From Patescibacteria group bacterium (GTDB taxonomy: Bacteria > Patescibacteriota > WWE3 > UBA101185 > UBA10185), in NCBI GenBank assembly GCA_049322215.1, contig JBMORU010000001.1, positions 580,023 through 644,022 on the forward strand: a stretch of 64,000 nucleotides of DNA, written 5' to 3'. Below, in pieces: positions 29,726-39,874 of this stretch (its first letter is position 1; every line of letters starts with the position of its first letter). The notes under the pieces are model-generated. The model was not told the origin of the DNA, did not search any database, and saw nothing but the letters and a program-made list of their open reading frames with translations. The translations under genes were made by a program, and so were the position numbers.

Positions 29726-32700
29726 ATATTGAAGTTATCTTTCTCATTTTAATATTTGTTGGCTCGCTTTACGTAATACATCGTAATTTACGTGACTCTT
29801 TGCTTTTAGCAATGCTTCTTTCTTTACTTTTGCATAAAGAACTATTTAGTATTTATAGATGGGATGTGTTACCTGTGCGGGTATTTATGCTAGCTTTGAC
29901 TTTTTATGCCTTCCTTTTTATAGTGCACCGCTACAGGCACAAAATTAACTTCAAAGAAATTTCTAGCTATTTACGGGATCCGTTTATCTTTTTACTTGGA
30001 AGCATTTGGGTGGCTCGTGGAATTTCTTTATTAAATACGAAAAACTTGCAAGCAAGTATATTTTTGTATGGGTTTTTTACTACGGTTATTGTACTTGGCT
30101 TTGCAATTTATTATACCTTTAATTCCTCATCAGATATTTTGTCTTTTATAAAAAAATACATTTATCTACTGTTTTTTACATGTTTATTTGGTTTTATTCA
30201 GTTTTTTATTTATCTAAAATTTGATTATATAGTTGGTGCTCTTTGGAATGTTCCAGGGCATTTACCAAGAATCGGGTCAGTGTTTTGGGATATAAATCAT
30301 TATGGTGGTTTGTTAGCTAGTCTTTTGCCTGTAGTTGGCGTGTTGGTTTTAGTTGAGAAAAAAGTAAAGACTAAACTTTTGTACCTGCTCATTCTAATTC
30401 CCATGACGGGAATATTGCTCATGACTAGTTCACGCACTGCTTGGTTATTAGGTTTAACTGCTTTTTTGGTTTTTGTAGTAGTACTTTTAGTAAGAAAATT
30501 TAAGTTAAAAGGGATTTTATACTTAGCAGGGTTTTTAATTTTGATATCTATACCTGTTATACGCGAATATAATATAAAATCTAGCCCTTTTAGAGCGTAC
30601 GTACGCCAAAATTTTCACTATAGAATTGATTCCTTTGATTCTCACTTTTTATTAATTCAAGGAGCTTTTCAAGTTTTCGAAAAGTATCCCTATATTGGAG
30701 GCGGTTATGGTAGTTTTTTTGAACACTTCAGTAAAACAAAAATTGCCCCAACCTATTTTGCCCGGGATCCCGCTGGTTTAAACACACGTGTTCCGGCACA
30801 TACTATTTGGGGAGAAATATTCTCAGAAACTGGGATTTTGGGATCTTCTTTATTTATTCTTCTTATGCTGTTGGTAATATTAACTTTACTTTATGCTGCC
30901 TTGACCTTGCAAAACAAGCGTGACTATTTATTAAGCACTGCAATGCTTGGTTCTACTATTGGCTGGGGTGTGGCGGGTATATTTTATTCTTATAACTCTG
31001 AATTTTTCTGGCTTATATTCTTTTTATATTTTACTTTTGGAGTAAAAGTTCTTGGGGATTCTTATAACGTTACTAACATAGTAAATTATTTTTTCACCTC
31101 TAATAAAACTTATTTAGCTTTTGTTGCAAGTGTAAGTTTTTGCCTGATTTTCATAGGTTTAGGAAAAAACCATTTACTGCCTTGGGATGAAGCAATTTAC
31201 GCAGAAATTGCAAAGAATATGAATGTCACGGGGGATTATATAGTTCAGTACTGGAAGGAAACAATTCCATGGTTTGAAAAACCACCTCTTATGATGTGGC
31301 TAATGAGTTTTTCTACGAAACTATTTGGGATGTCGGAATTTGCTGTGCGCTTACCTTCTGCTTTACTAGGTTTTGGAACAGTTTTAGTTACATACTACTT
31401 TGGAAGAAAGCTATTTAACAAAACAGCAGGTCTATTAGCAGCTCTTGTTTTAGTTACAACTACGCAATTCCTCTATTATTCTCGTACTTCTATGCTTGAT
31501 GTAAGTCTCACCTTTTTTATAACTTTGTCCTTGTATATGTACTATTTAGCACGGTCAAAAAATACTAATAAACTGTTTGTGTTTTCGGGGGTGTTTGGGG
31601 GCTTGGCCTTTATGGTTAAGGGTGTAGTCGGTTTACTTGTGTTTCCGATAATTGGTTTGTACGAGCTTTACTTGCTTTTTTCCGGTGAACTGAAACTAAA
31701 AAGTAAAACTATTTTACAGTACATTAACTTATTCATTAGTTATTTAGTTATTGCACTGCCTTGGCATATTGCTTCTTATGCAATTTATGGGAGGGAATTT
31801 TACGATACTTATATTGGTTATCACGTTTTAACACGTGCTACTCAAGAAATAGAAGATAAGGGTCAACCATGGTACTGGTATTTGATAGTTATGAAAGTTA
31901 GTATGCGTATTTGGTTTGTTGCTTTACTTGGTGCATTTCCTTTTAGTTTAGTAAGTGCCTCTTTTGCTAAGCTCAAATACTTTTCTTCTAATGCCAGGCA
32001 ACACGCCTTTTTGGTTATTTGGGTATTAGTAGTTCTAATATTTTTTTCCAGTTCTAAATCTAAACTAGTTTGGTATGTAATGCCTTTATATCCGGCAGCG
32101 TCTTTAATGGTGGGTGCTTTCATGGAAAGGGTGCTAACCATAATAGACTCAAAGTTATTTTCTACCAGAAATGCTTTGTTTAGGTATTTAGCAGTTTATT
32201 TTATAGTCTTAGGAGGTTTGTTTTACTTATTCTTAAGCAAAAATCTTGTTTACACTTCTGATTTAACAGGTTCTCAAGCTGAATTACTTCAAGTTAAAGA
32301 TGCTACTTTTGGAACAGAGTCCATTGTGTATGCCGATAGAATAGAACTTCCTCTAATACTCTTTTACTCTGACAGTCCCTTTGAGGTAGTAGACTTTGGC
32401 CCTTTAAAAGATACTTTGTCTTCAGCTAAATATTCTCAAGAAATAATATTTATTACAAAAGAAAGCAGATTTTCTGACTTTGCAGATATTTATAATCGCT
32501 TAGAGTTAGAGGGTTCTCGTAATGAGTGGGTTTTAGGCAGACTTCCCTCAAAACATGAAATTGACTTAGAGACTCTCCATGAGCTAGAAGTAGAGTTAGA
32601 ACGTTTCGACAAAGATATTGCACAAAAAAGAGAAGACAATGAGTTTATACCTCCGCATGTAACTGGTGATAGAGAGCGTATTTTTAATGAAATAGAAACT

Positions 32701-32739
32701 TTAAAGCAAGAAATTGAGCTTAAATTAAATGCTTCTTAG
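29722..32739 (+). CDS. Fusion protein: O-antigen polymerase/ligase-like (Wzy_C-type) membrane domain, then a GT39/GT83 (ArnT/PMT-like) GT-C glycosyltransferase domain, then a C-terminal coiled-coil
   Basis: 1005 aa. The first ~430 aa are polytopic with a Wzy-like loop. The second half starts with LPWDEAIYAEIAKNM...GDYIVQY...KPPLMMWL...FGMSEFAVRLPSALLG, the DE-containing first loop typical of ArnT/PMT enzymes. The tail is rich in E/L/K. Confidence 0.55.
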   Translation: MNIEVIFLILIFVGSLYVIHRNLRDSLLLAMLLSLLLHKELFSIYRWDVLPVRVFMLALTFYAFLFIVHRYRHKINFKEISSYLRDPFIFLLGSIWVARGISLLNTKNLQASIFLYGFFTTVIVLGFAIYYTFNSSSDILSFIKKYIYLLFFTCLFGFIQFFIYLKFDYIVGALWNVPGHLPRIGSVFWDINHYGGLLASLLPVVGVLVLVEKKVKTKLLYLLILIPMTGILLMTSSRTAWLLGLTAFLVFVVVLLVRKFKLKGILYLAGFLILISIPVIREYNIKSSPFRAYVRQNFHYRIDSFDSHFLLIQGAFQVFEKYPYIGGGYGSFFEHFSKTKIAPTYFARDPAGLNTRVPAHTIWGEIFSETGILGSSLFILLMLLVILTLLYAALTLQNKRDYLLSTAMLGSTIGWGVAGIFYSYNSEFFWLIFFLYFTFGVKVLGDSYNVTNIVNYFFTSNKTYLAFVASVSFCLIFIGLGKNHLLPWDEAIYAEIAKNMNVTGDYIVQYWKETIPWFEKPPLMMWLMSFSTKLFGMSEFAVRLPSALLGFGTVLVTYYFGRKLFNKTAGLLAALVLVTTTQFLYYSRTSMLDVSLTFFITLSLYMYYLARSKNTNKLFVFSGVFGGLAFMVKGVVGLLVFPIIGLYELYLLFSGELKLKSKTILQYINLFISYLVIALPWHIASYAIYGREFYDTYIGYHVLTRATQEIEDKGQPWYWYLIVMKVSMRIWFVALLGAFPFSLVSASFAKLKYFSSNARQHAFLVIWVLVVLIFFSSSKSKLVWYVMPLYPAASLMVGAFMERVLTIIDSKLFSTRNALFRYLAVYFIVLGGLFYLFLSKNLVYTSDLTGSQAELLQVKDATFGTESIVYADRIELPLILFYSDSPFEVVDFGPLKDTLSSAKYSQEIIFITKESRFSDFADIYNRLELEGSRNEWVLGRLPSKHEIDLETLHELEVELERFDKDIAQKREDNEFIPPHVTGDRERIFNEIETLKQEIELKLNAS

Positions 32740-33934
32740 CTTGCTCTGTTTTAAAGTAAATATAAGAACCTGAAATCAGTAATGCACCTAAAGCAGCTAT
32801 TAACTGGGCTACAGCTAATCCTGGAAGTTCATACAATGGTATTAGCAAATAAGATCCTGCAATTAAAGCAAATAACTTAACTAATGTAATTATTAATAGC
32901 GGCATTGTATTTTTTTCAATAAAATAATAGCTTTCCATAAACGTGTGAATTGCTGTAATCGCAGACGCAATAATTAATATATCAAGAAGTTTTTTAGACT
33001 CTGCAAATTTACTTCCAAAAACTATTTCTACAAAAAATTCTGCACTAAACATTGCAAATATTGCTAAAATCAAAACACCCATTCCTAGTAGTAATGTTTC
33101 TCTCCAGTTATATTCATTGTTACTACGCTTCTGTTTCGCTTGTTTTGGTAGCAGGACGGTAAAAATCCCCAATGCAACTAATGTGAAAATGTTTGCAATT
33201 TTATCTGCTAATGAATATATGCCTACATCTGTGAAAGTTTTAAAAAGTTTTGCTAAGCCGTTGCCTATTGCAGACCATCCAAACCCTATTCCCTGGGCAG
33301 CGCCACCAGATATAGATTTGCTTAATAAAGATAAAGTTTCAGTTGTTACAAATCTTGGTTGTTTAAGTTCTTTTGGCACCAGCACATACATAACTGTGCA
33401 ACTTAACATTGATAATGCAAAAATTGCGAAAGCACTTGTTAATGTAAGGTTAAATATACCCACGAAAACAAGCACAGCAAATAATCCTTTAATTGCAGCC
33501 GGTATAGTGTTTATTAAAACCAAATGTATAAACATTTCTACCCGTTGAAAATACGCAAAAAGTAAAAGATTTATTCCATAGGCTAATAACCCTACAATAA
33601 AAAGCCAAGTTATATTTTGATCTAGTAGGTTAAAAACTTTTAACAGCACTAATGTTATTGGTACCGCTACAATAAATTGCATGATTTTTAAGGAAAACAG
33701 TGTATCTTTTAGTTTTCTTGTATCTGCAATAGATTCTGCTACAAAAATGGAATTGGTTCCCAAATCCATTAGTTTCGACAAAAAAACCAACAAACTTGTC
33801 ATTAATGCGTATTTGCCAAAATCTTCAACAGCCAAGTTTTTAGCTACAGCAGTTAAAAAGGTAAAACCTAAAACTGCATTAAATACATTACCTCCGCTTA
33901 CTATAGAAATTTTTAAAATTGATTTTCTCAGCAC
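32720..33934 (-). CDS. wzx: Polysaccharide/oligosaccharide flippase of the MOP superfamily (Wzx-like)
   Basis: 404 aa with about 12 TM helices. The N-terminus LRKSILKISIVSGGNVFNAVLGFTFLTAVAKNL is typical of Wzx. It is convergent with the upstream gene and overlaps it by 20 nt. Confidence 0.6.
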   Translation of the reverse strand: MLRKSILKISIVSGGNVFNAVLGFTFLTAVAKNLAVEDFGKYALMTSLLVFLSKLMDLGTNSIFVAESIADTRKLKDTLFSLKIMQFIVAVPITLVLLKVFNLLDQNITWLFIVGLLAYGINLLLFAYFQRVEMFIHLVLINTIPAAIKGLFAVLVFVGIFNLTLTSAFAIFALSMLSCTVMYVLVPKELKQPRFVTTETLSLLSKSISGGAAQGIGFGWSAIGNGLAKLFKTFTDVGIYSLADKIANIFTLVALGIFTVLLPKQAKQKRSNNEYNWRETLLLGMGVLILAIFAMFSAEFFVEIVFGSKFAESKKLLDILIIASAITAIHTFMESYYFIEKNTMPLLIITLVKLFALIAGSYLLIPLYELPGLAVAQLIAALGALLISGSYIYFKTEQAKKHLI

Positions 33935-33993
33935 GTTTAAATAATAACACTTACCCTTTTAGGGTAAATCTCTATTTGTAGTAAAATTACATT

Positions 33994-35139
33994 ATGAAAA
34001 TAGGTATAGATTGCAGAATGTGGAATGAAACGGGGGTGGGGCGTTATATTCAAAATATTGTTGGGATAATTGAAAAGCAAGATAAAAAAAACCAGTATGT
34101 ACTTTTTGTGTTGAAAGATAATATGGGTATGAATTTGCCCAGCAATTTTGAGTTGGTAGAAGCAAATATACGCTGGCACTCTGTAGCAGAGCAATTTGTT
34201 TTGCCCTTTATTATGCTAAGGCAAAATTTAGACTTGCTACATTCACCACATTTTAATGTGCCCATTTTGTATTATAAAAAGTTCGTCGTGACTATACACG
34301 ACCTTACTATACTTCGTGTTAAAACCGGCAGGGCTACTACTTTGCCTTTCCCCATTTACTTTTTAAAACGGTTAGCTTTTAAACTTGTTTTGCTTAATTC
34401 TGTATATAGATCAAAAAAAGTTTTTACAGTTTCTAAGTTTGTGCTTAAAGATATATGTAAAACTTTTAAAGTACCCGAAAGTAAAATTGTACTTACACCA
34501 AATGCTGTTACCGGTAAGTTTTTCAAAGTAAGTGCCCCTGAAGTAAAACCTGTGCTAAACAAATACAATATAGATTGCCCATATATTTTTTACATAGGTA
34601 ATGCACACCCACACAAAAACTTAGAGCGGTTACTTAATGCTTTTGAAAAAGTAAACAAAAAGTTTCCTGATGTAAAATTAGTTTTGGGCGGGTCGAAACA
34701 GTTTTTTTACGAACGTTTAGAAAAAGAATGGCAGAATAAACCTGTATATGAAAATATCAAGTTTATTGGTTTCGTAGATGATGCTGATTTGCCTGCAATA
34801 TATTCTGGCGCAGATTTATTTGTGAATCCATCTTTGTACGAAGGTTTTGGAATTCAATTGCTTGAGGCTTTTGCCTGTGGTACTAGAGTAGTTTGTTCTA
34901 ATACTACATCATTACCAGAAATAGGAGGTGCCGCTGCGCAATATTTTAATCCACGTAACGTTGATAGTATGGCATCTACAATAATTTCTGCCTTAACCTT
35001 TAAAGATACCTCGAAGATTGAATTAGGTTTTGAGATAGTAAAAAAGTATTCCTGGAAGGAGTCTGCTCAAAAAACTCTAGACATTTATTCCATGTTTGAA
35101 CCTGTACTAGTGGATTCTCCTGAGGGTTGGCATTTATAA
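33994..35139 (+). CDS. GT4-family glycosyltransferase
   Basis: EGFGIQLLEAFACGTRVVCSN. Confidence 0.7.
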   Translation: MKIGIDCRMWNETGVGRYIQNIVGIIEKQDKKNQYVLFVLKDNMGMNLPSNFELVEANIRWHSVAEQFVLPFIMLRQNLDLLHSPHFNVPILYYKKFVVTIHDLTILRVKTGRATTLPFPIYFLKRLAFKLVLLNSVYRSKKVFTVSKFVLKDICKTFKVPESKIVLTPNAVTGKFFKVSAPEVKPVLNKYNIDCPYIFYIGNAHPHKNLERLLNAFEKVNKKFPDVKLVLGGSKQFFYERLEKEWQNKPVYENIKFIGFVDDADLPAIYSGADLFVNPSLYEGFGIQLLEAFACGTRVVCSNTTSLPEIGGAAAQYFNPRNVDSMASTIISALTFKDTSKIELGFEIVKKYSWKESAQKTLDIYSMFEPVLVDSPEGWHL

Positions 35140-35151
35140 TAGCTTCACCTT

Positions 35152-36270
35152 ATGCGTTTAGCTTTAGTTCACGATGATTTAATACAGTTTGGAGGTGCCG
35201 AGAGCTTGCTGTTGGCCATGCATGAAATTTGGCCGCAGGCACCTGTGTTCACCTCAGTAGCCTCAGAGAAGTGGCAACAAGTATGTAAAGATAAAAGAAT
35301 AAATCTCAATACATCTTTTATGCAGAAACTGCCCAAAATAGAAAGATTAAATAGATATTATGCCCCTTTACATTTACATCCAATTGCTTTTGAGAGTTTC
35401 GACTTTTCTCAGTTTGATGTTGTACTTTCTGTATCTGCCAGATTTTCACATGGTGTAATTACTAAGCCGTCTACAAAACATATATGTTATATGAATTCTC
35501 CGGGACGTATGTTTTGGGAATCTAAGGACTATTTTGATTATGAAAACTTTTTAGGAGCTAAAAAGCTGAAGAATCTTGCGTTAAGTTTGTTAAAGCTTCC
35601 TTTAGCGAGTTTACGCATGTGGGACTACACTGCAGCACAGCGTGTTGACTATTTTATTGCTAACTCAAAAACGCCTCAAGCTCGTATTTATAAATACTAT
35701 AAAAGAAACTCTGAAATTATTTATCCCTTTGTTGATAACAAGAAATTTTTAAATGTAAAGTCAAAAAAGGGAAGATATTATGTTGTCATTTCAAGACTAA
35801 ATGCCTGGAAGCGTGTTGATTTAGCTGTGCAGGCCTGCAGTAATTTAAAGCTGCCTTTGGTAGTGATTGGGGATGGCCCAGAGCTAGAAAAATTAAAAAG
35901 TATTGCTGGCAGCACTGTTAAGTTTACTGGTTACGTTTCTGAAGAAGAAAAAATAAAGCTGCTTTCTGAATGTATAGCTTTAATTAATACGCAATACGAA
36001 GATTTTGGCATAGTTCCTTTAGAAGCTATGGCAGCTGGGAAACCCGTTATTGCATATAAGAGAGGTGGTGCTTTAGAAACTGTGATTCCAAATGTTACAG
36101 GAACTTTTTTTGAATCACAAAGCATTGAAGAATTAATTAACGTTTTAAAAGCCTTTGAACCCAATGTTTATTCAGAGTTTGATTGTAAAGATAGAGCCCG
36201 TGAATTTGATAAAAGTGTTTTTACTCGCAGACTTAAAGATTTTGTTTATTATGTAAGTAATTTGGCATAA
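35152..36270 (+). CDS. GT4-family glycosyltransferase
   Basis: EDFGIVPLEAMAAGKPVIAYKRGGALETV. Confidence 0.7.
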   Translation: MRLALVHDDLIQFGGAESLLLAMHEIWPQAPVFTSVASEKWQQVCKDKRINLNTSFMQKLPKIERLNRYYAPLHLHPIAFESFDFSQFDVVLSVSARFSHGVITKPSTKHICYMNSPGRMFWESKDYFDYENFLGAKKLKNLALSLLKLPLASLRMWDYTAAQRVDYFIANSKTPQARIYKYYKRNSEIIYPFVDNKKFLNVKSKKGRYYVVISRLNAWKRVDLAVQACSNLKLPLVVIGDGPELEKLKSIAGSTVKFTGYVSEEEKIKLLSECIALINTQYEDFGIVPLEAMAAGKPVIAYKRGGALETVIPNVTGTFFESQSIEELINVLKAFEPNVYSEFDCKDRAREFDKSVFTRRLKDFVYYVSNLA

Positions 36271-36310
36271 AATTATGATATTATGCTAGGGCAACTTAGC
36301 AAATTATATT

Positions 36311-36946
36311 ATGTACGACATAGGTAAAAGAATAATTGATGTTATTGGTTCTACATGTGCGCTACTTCTGTTTTCTCCAATAATGATAATTACTTCTACT
36401 CTTATAAAAATATATTCTCCCGATGGTCCAATATTTGCGGACATTCCTATGCGTGTAAGTAAAGGTGGGGGGGAGTTTAGAATGTATAAGTTTCGCTCCA
36501 TGATTCCAAATGCGCATGAATGGTTGCTAAATAATCCGGAATGGTATAAAAAATATCAGGAAAATAATTATAAACTTGAAGAAAATGAAGATCCGCGTTT
36601 AATTAAAGGAGGTAGGTTCATAAGAAAGTTTAGTATCGACGAATTACCTCAATTCATCAATGTGTTAAAAGGTGACATGAGTATTGTTGGCCCACGGGCG
36701 TATTACCCGTTTGAACTTAAAGAGCAAGCAGAAGCGTTTCCGGAAACTAAGGCATACATTGGACTTCTTAAGGAAGTAAAGCCCGGAATTACTGGTCCCT
36801 GGCAAGTAGGTGGCAGATCTAAAATAGGATTTGTTGATAGAGTCAAAATGGATGCAGAATATGCCAAAAGGAAATCTTTAGTGTATGATTTACTAATAAT
36901 TTTGAAGACGCCGGTAGCTGTCTTCACGAGTAAAGGAGCTTATTAA
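36311..36946 (+). CDS. Undecaprenyl-phosphate sugar phosphotransferase (bacterial sugar transferase, WbaP/WcaJ C-terminal domain type); the initiating enzyme
   Basis: One N-terminal TM helix, then KFRSM...DELPQFINVLKGDMSIVGPRA, the hallmark of the Bac_transf family. Confidence 0.75.
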   Translation: MYDIGKRIIDVIGSTCALLLFSPIMIITSTLIKIYSPDGPIFADIPMRVSKGGGEFRMYKFRSMIPNAHEWLLNNPEWYKKYQENNYKLEENEDPRLIKGGRFIRKFSIDELPQFINVLKGDMSIVGPRAYYPFELKEQAEAFPETKAYIGLLKEVKPGITGPWQVGGRSKIGFVDRVKMDAEYAKRKSLVYDLLIILKTPVAVFTSKGAY

Positions 36947-36947
36947 T

Positions 36948-38942
36948 ATGCCAGAATCACAATTTTGGAAACCATCAAATAATATGAATACAGCAGCAAT
37001 CAAACCTAAAAAAAATGGAAAAGCGCTAAAAAACTTAGGTTTAAGCGGCATAGTTGTATTGATAATTATCGGGTTGTTTGGTTTAGCAAGCTTTATTTTT
37101 GTAATAAAGCCAGGTTTAGCTTTATCTAAGCAAGCAGAGCTTTTGAAAGCAGACACTGCTAACATACAGGAAGCTCTATTAAGCCGTGATTTAGTTGCAT
37201 TTAACGATGCACTAAATAATACTGAAGCCCATTTAAATGATCTTAGAAAAGAGCGTGACAATAATTTTGGTTGGGCAAAAAATTTTGGACCTACTGCCCC
37301 ATATTACTCAGATTCTGAGCATTTTATTAATGCAGGTTTGCATGCGGTTGCTGCAGGCAAAGAGTTTGCTGTAGTAATTGAACCTTTTGCAGATGCAGTA
37401 GGTTTAAAAGTGGCTCCTAAAAATTCTGAGGTGACTGAATCTACTGACTCTGTAGAATTAACCGATGCAGAGCAAGCAAGTTTAAATGAAGAACCTGAAG
37501 AATTAAGTTTAGCTGAAGCATTTTCAACATGGATAGGTGTTATGCCTGCTGTAGCAGACGATTTAGATGGTGTAATTGCAGAATTAACTCTTGTTGGTGA
37601 CGAGTTAGAACAAGTTGATCCAAACAGATACCCTGAACAGGTAAGAGGTATTTACGTAAGAGATACAATTGAACAAGCGCAAGCAGCTTTATCTCAATTA
37701 AACGAGTATGCTCCTGACCTTAAAAGGGCTCTAACTATTGTACCTGGCATTTTAGGTGTTGATACCGGTGAAAAGCGTTACATGATTATAATGCAAAATG
37801 ATAAGGAATTACGTGCAACTGGTGGTTTTTGGACTTTCATTTCAACATTTAAGATTAATAACGCCTTACTAAGTTCTGACTTTACTTCGTATAATTCTTA
37901 TTATGTTGACGATGTGTTAAACACTATTGATGCTATTCACACTTTTCCAACAGTACCTGATGCGTATGCACGACACTTAAAAGTAGAAAGAATGTTTGCT
38001 CGTGATGCAAACGTGTCACCTGATCTCCCAACTTCTGTAGATCAATTCATGGAATTTTGGGAGTTAGCACAACCTTTAGCTCCTTCTCAAATAAAATCTG
38101 TTGATGGTGTTTTTACAATTGATACAAAAGTTTTAGAAGAGCTTCTTGAGGTTACTGGGCCAGTTACAGTTAATGGAGTAACCTATACTCACGAAAATGT
38201 AGTGTTAGAACTTGAGCGTTTAGCAAGTTTAACTTTGCGGGAGCAAGTAAACAGAAAACAAATTTTAGGCGATATGATGGAAGCGATGTTAGTAAACGTG
38301 TTTGAGTCTAACAGCAATTTATGGCCAAAAATAATTGAAAAAGGCGTTGACTTAGCTGTTAGAAAACACATTAGTGGTTATTTATTTGATCCTGAAGCCC
38401 AAGCATTGTTAGAGCGTTATGGCTTCGCTAACGTTATTGTAAATAACGTATCCGGTGATTACGCATATGTTGTTCAAACAAATCTTGGTGGTGATAAAAC
38501 CAACTGGTTTGTTAATAAGGAAATTACCCATACTTTAGAGCAAGAAAACGGTCGTTGGGTAAGAACAGTTAAGGTTTCTTATAATTACCCACAACCTTCT
38601 GCTGAATATGGTCCTTTTATTAAGAGATTTAGAGATTGGGTAAGAGTTTATGTTCCATTGGGCTCTGAGCTTATAGAAATAAATGGTTCTCAAGATGTAA
38701 CCGGTGAAGGCGAAGAAAAAGATCGTACTTACTTTCATGGTTATGTAGAGGCAGGCCCCGGGGAAGCTGCAGAAATCACATTTAAGTATTACTTACCTGA
38801 GAACACAATTGAAGGTAATACCTATAACCTGTACATTCAAAAGCAATCAGGTATAGACATTGAAACTCACAATGTAATTGTTAATGGCAAATCAGAATCT
38901 GTTGAGTTTAAACTTGATAAACAGTACTCAACTGCGCTGTAG
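36948..38942 (+). CDS. Membrane-anchored extracytoplasmic protein of unknown function (DUF4012-like by size and architecture)
   Basis: 664 aa with a single N-terminal TM (LSGIVVLIIIGLFGLASFIFVI) and a long coiled or acidic region. It is the last gene of the glycan locus. Confidence 0.45.
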   Translation: MPESQFWKPSNNMNTAAIKPKKNGKALKNLGLSGIVVLIIIGLFGLASFIFVIKPGLALSKQAELLKADTANIQEALLSRDLVAFNDALNNTEAHLNDLRKERDNNFGWAKNFGPTAPYYSDSEHFINAGLHAVAAGKEFAVVIEPFADAVGLKVAPKNSEVTESTDSVELTDAEQASLNEEPEELSLAEAFSTWIGVMPAVADDLDGVIAELTLVGDELEQVDPNRYPEQVRGIYVRDTIEQAQAALSQLNEYAPDLKRALTIVPGILGVDTGEKRYMIIMQNDKELRATGGFWTFISTFKINNALLSSDFTSYNSYYVDDVLNTIDAIHTFPTVPDAYARHLKVERMFARDANVSPDLPTSVDQFMEFWELAQPLAPSQIKSVDGVFTIDTKVLEELLEVTGPVTVNGVTYTHENVVLELERLASLTLREQVNRKQILGDMMEAMLVNVFESNSNLWPKIIEKGVDLAVRKHISGYLFDPEAQALLERYGFANVIVNNVSGDYAYVVQTNLGGDKTNWFVNKEITHTLEQENGRWVRTVKVSYNYPQPSAEYGPFIKRFRDWVRVYVPLGSELIEINGSQDVTGEGEEKDRTYFHGYVEAGPGEAAEITFKYYLPENTIEGNTYNLYIQKQSGIDIETHNVIVNGKSESVEFKLDKQYSTAL

Positions 38943-38963
38943 GTTTTTGATTGATTTAGTAAT

Positions 38964-38990
38964 GGGGCATGCGTACGCATGCCCTTTTTC
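38964..38990 (+). terminator. Rho-independent terminator ending the glycan locus
   Basis: Perfect palindrome GGGCATGCG-TA-CGCATGCCC followed by TTTTT. Confidence 0.8.
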
Positions 38991-39052
38991 GTACGCCATG
39001 TATTCTCAGATCCAAGCTGGTAGCTTTAAGTAAAGACTTGTAAAATAAGCTT

Positions 39053-39823
39053 ATGCGTAAATACAATATTGAAGGTATTGTCTTAAAAAGCATCAACTAC
39101 CGTGATTCCGATAAACTTTATACTTTATTCACTCCAAGCAGGGGTAAAATTACTGTGCAGGGTAGGGGAGTTAGAAAAATATCCTCAAGACGTGGTGGTA
39201 ATTTAGATACTTTAAATTATATAAACACGGGTATATCTGAATCTATTAATGGGTATAAAACTGTAACCGAGGTTAAATCTCTAAACTCTTTTATAAGCTT
39301 AAAGTCTTCTTTATCTATATCTACTAGGGCATATTACTTATTAGAGCTAGTGCATAGGTTTATTGAAGAAGAAGATATAACAATTGCAAGACCTGTTTTT
39401 ACATCATTGTTAAAAACAGTTACTAAACTAAATGAATCTAAATCCGAACTAAGCACTTTAATAATTGTGAATGCCTTTGAATTAAACTTCATGAATCTAC
39501 TTGGGTATGGTCTTAGTTTGGAGAAGTGCACAAAATGCGGAAAGCCTTTTTCTTTAGATTGGGAACTTTATAAAGTGGGTATTTATGATGGGGGATTCAT
39601 TTGTGATACATGTTCTGCATTGGGTGTTTCGGTAACACGTGGAACTGCTCAGGTTTTAAATTACATTACGCGATACAACAATAAAACCCTTAAAGATGGA
39701 AAAAAATTTAGTATATTTTCTAGAGAAGATATATACGCGGCAGATGAATTAATCAAGTATTATATTTCAGAAACTTTAGAAGGGAGTTTTAAAACTATTA
39801 GAGTTTTTAAGAATTTAATTTAG
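39053..39823 (+). CDS. recO: DNA repair protein RecO
   Basis: N-terminal OB-fold signature EGIVLKSINYRDSDKLYTLFT..GKITVQGRGVRK and a C-terminal zinc finger C-TKC-GK...CDTC. Confidence 0.8.
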   Translation: MRKYNIEGIVLKSINYRDSDKLYTLFTPSRGKITVQGRGVRKISSRRGGNLDTLNYINTGISESINGYKTVTEVKSLNSFISLKSSLSISTRAYYLLELVHRFIEEEDITIARPVFTSLLKTVTKLNESKSELSTLIIVNAFELNFMNLLGYGLSLEKCTKCGKPFSLDWELYKVGIYDGGFICDTCSALGVSVTRGTAQVLNYITRYNNKTLKDGKKFSIFSREDIYAADELIKYYISETLEGSFKTIRVFKNLI

Positions 39824-39874
39824 GGTACTCAATTTGTTTTAAACAGCAAAATTGAATACCCCTTGTGTTTGATG

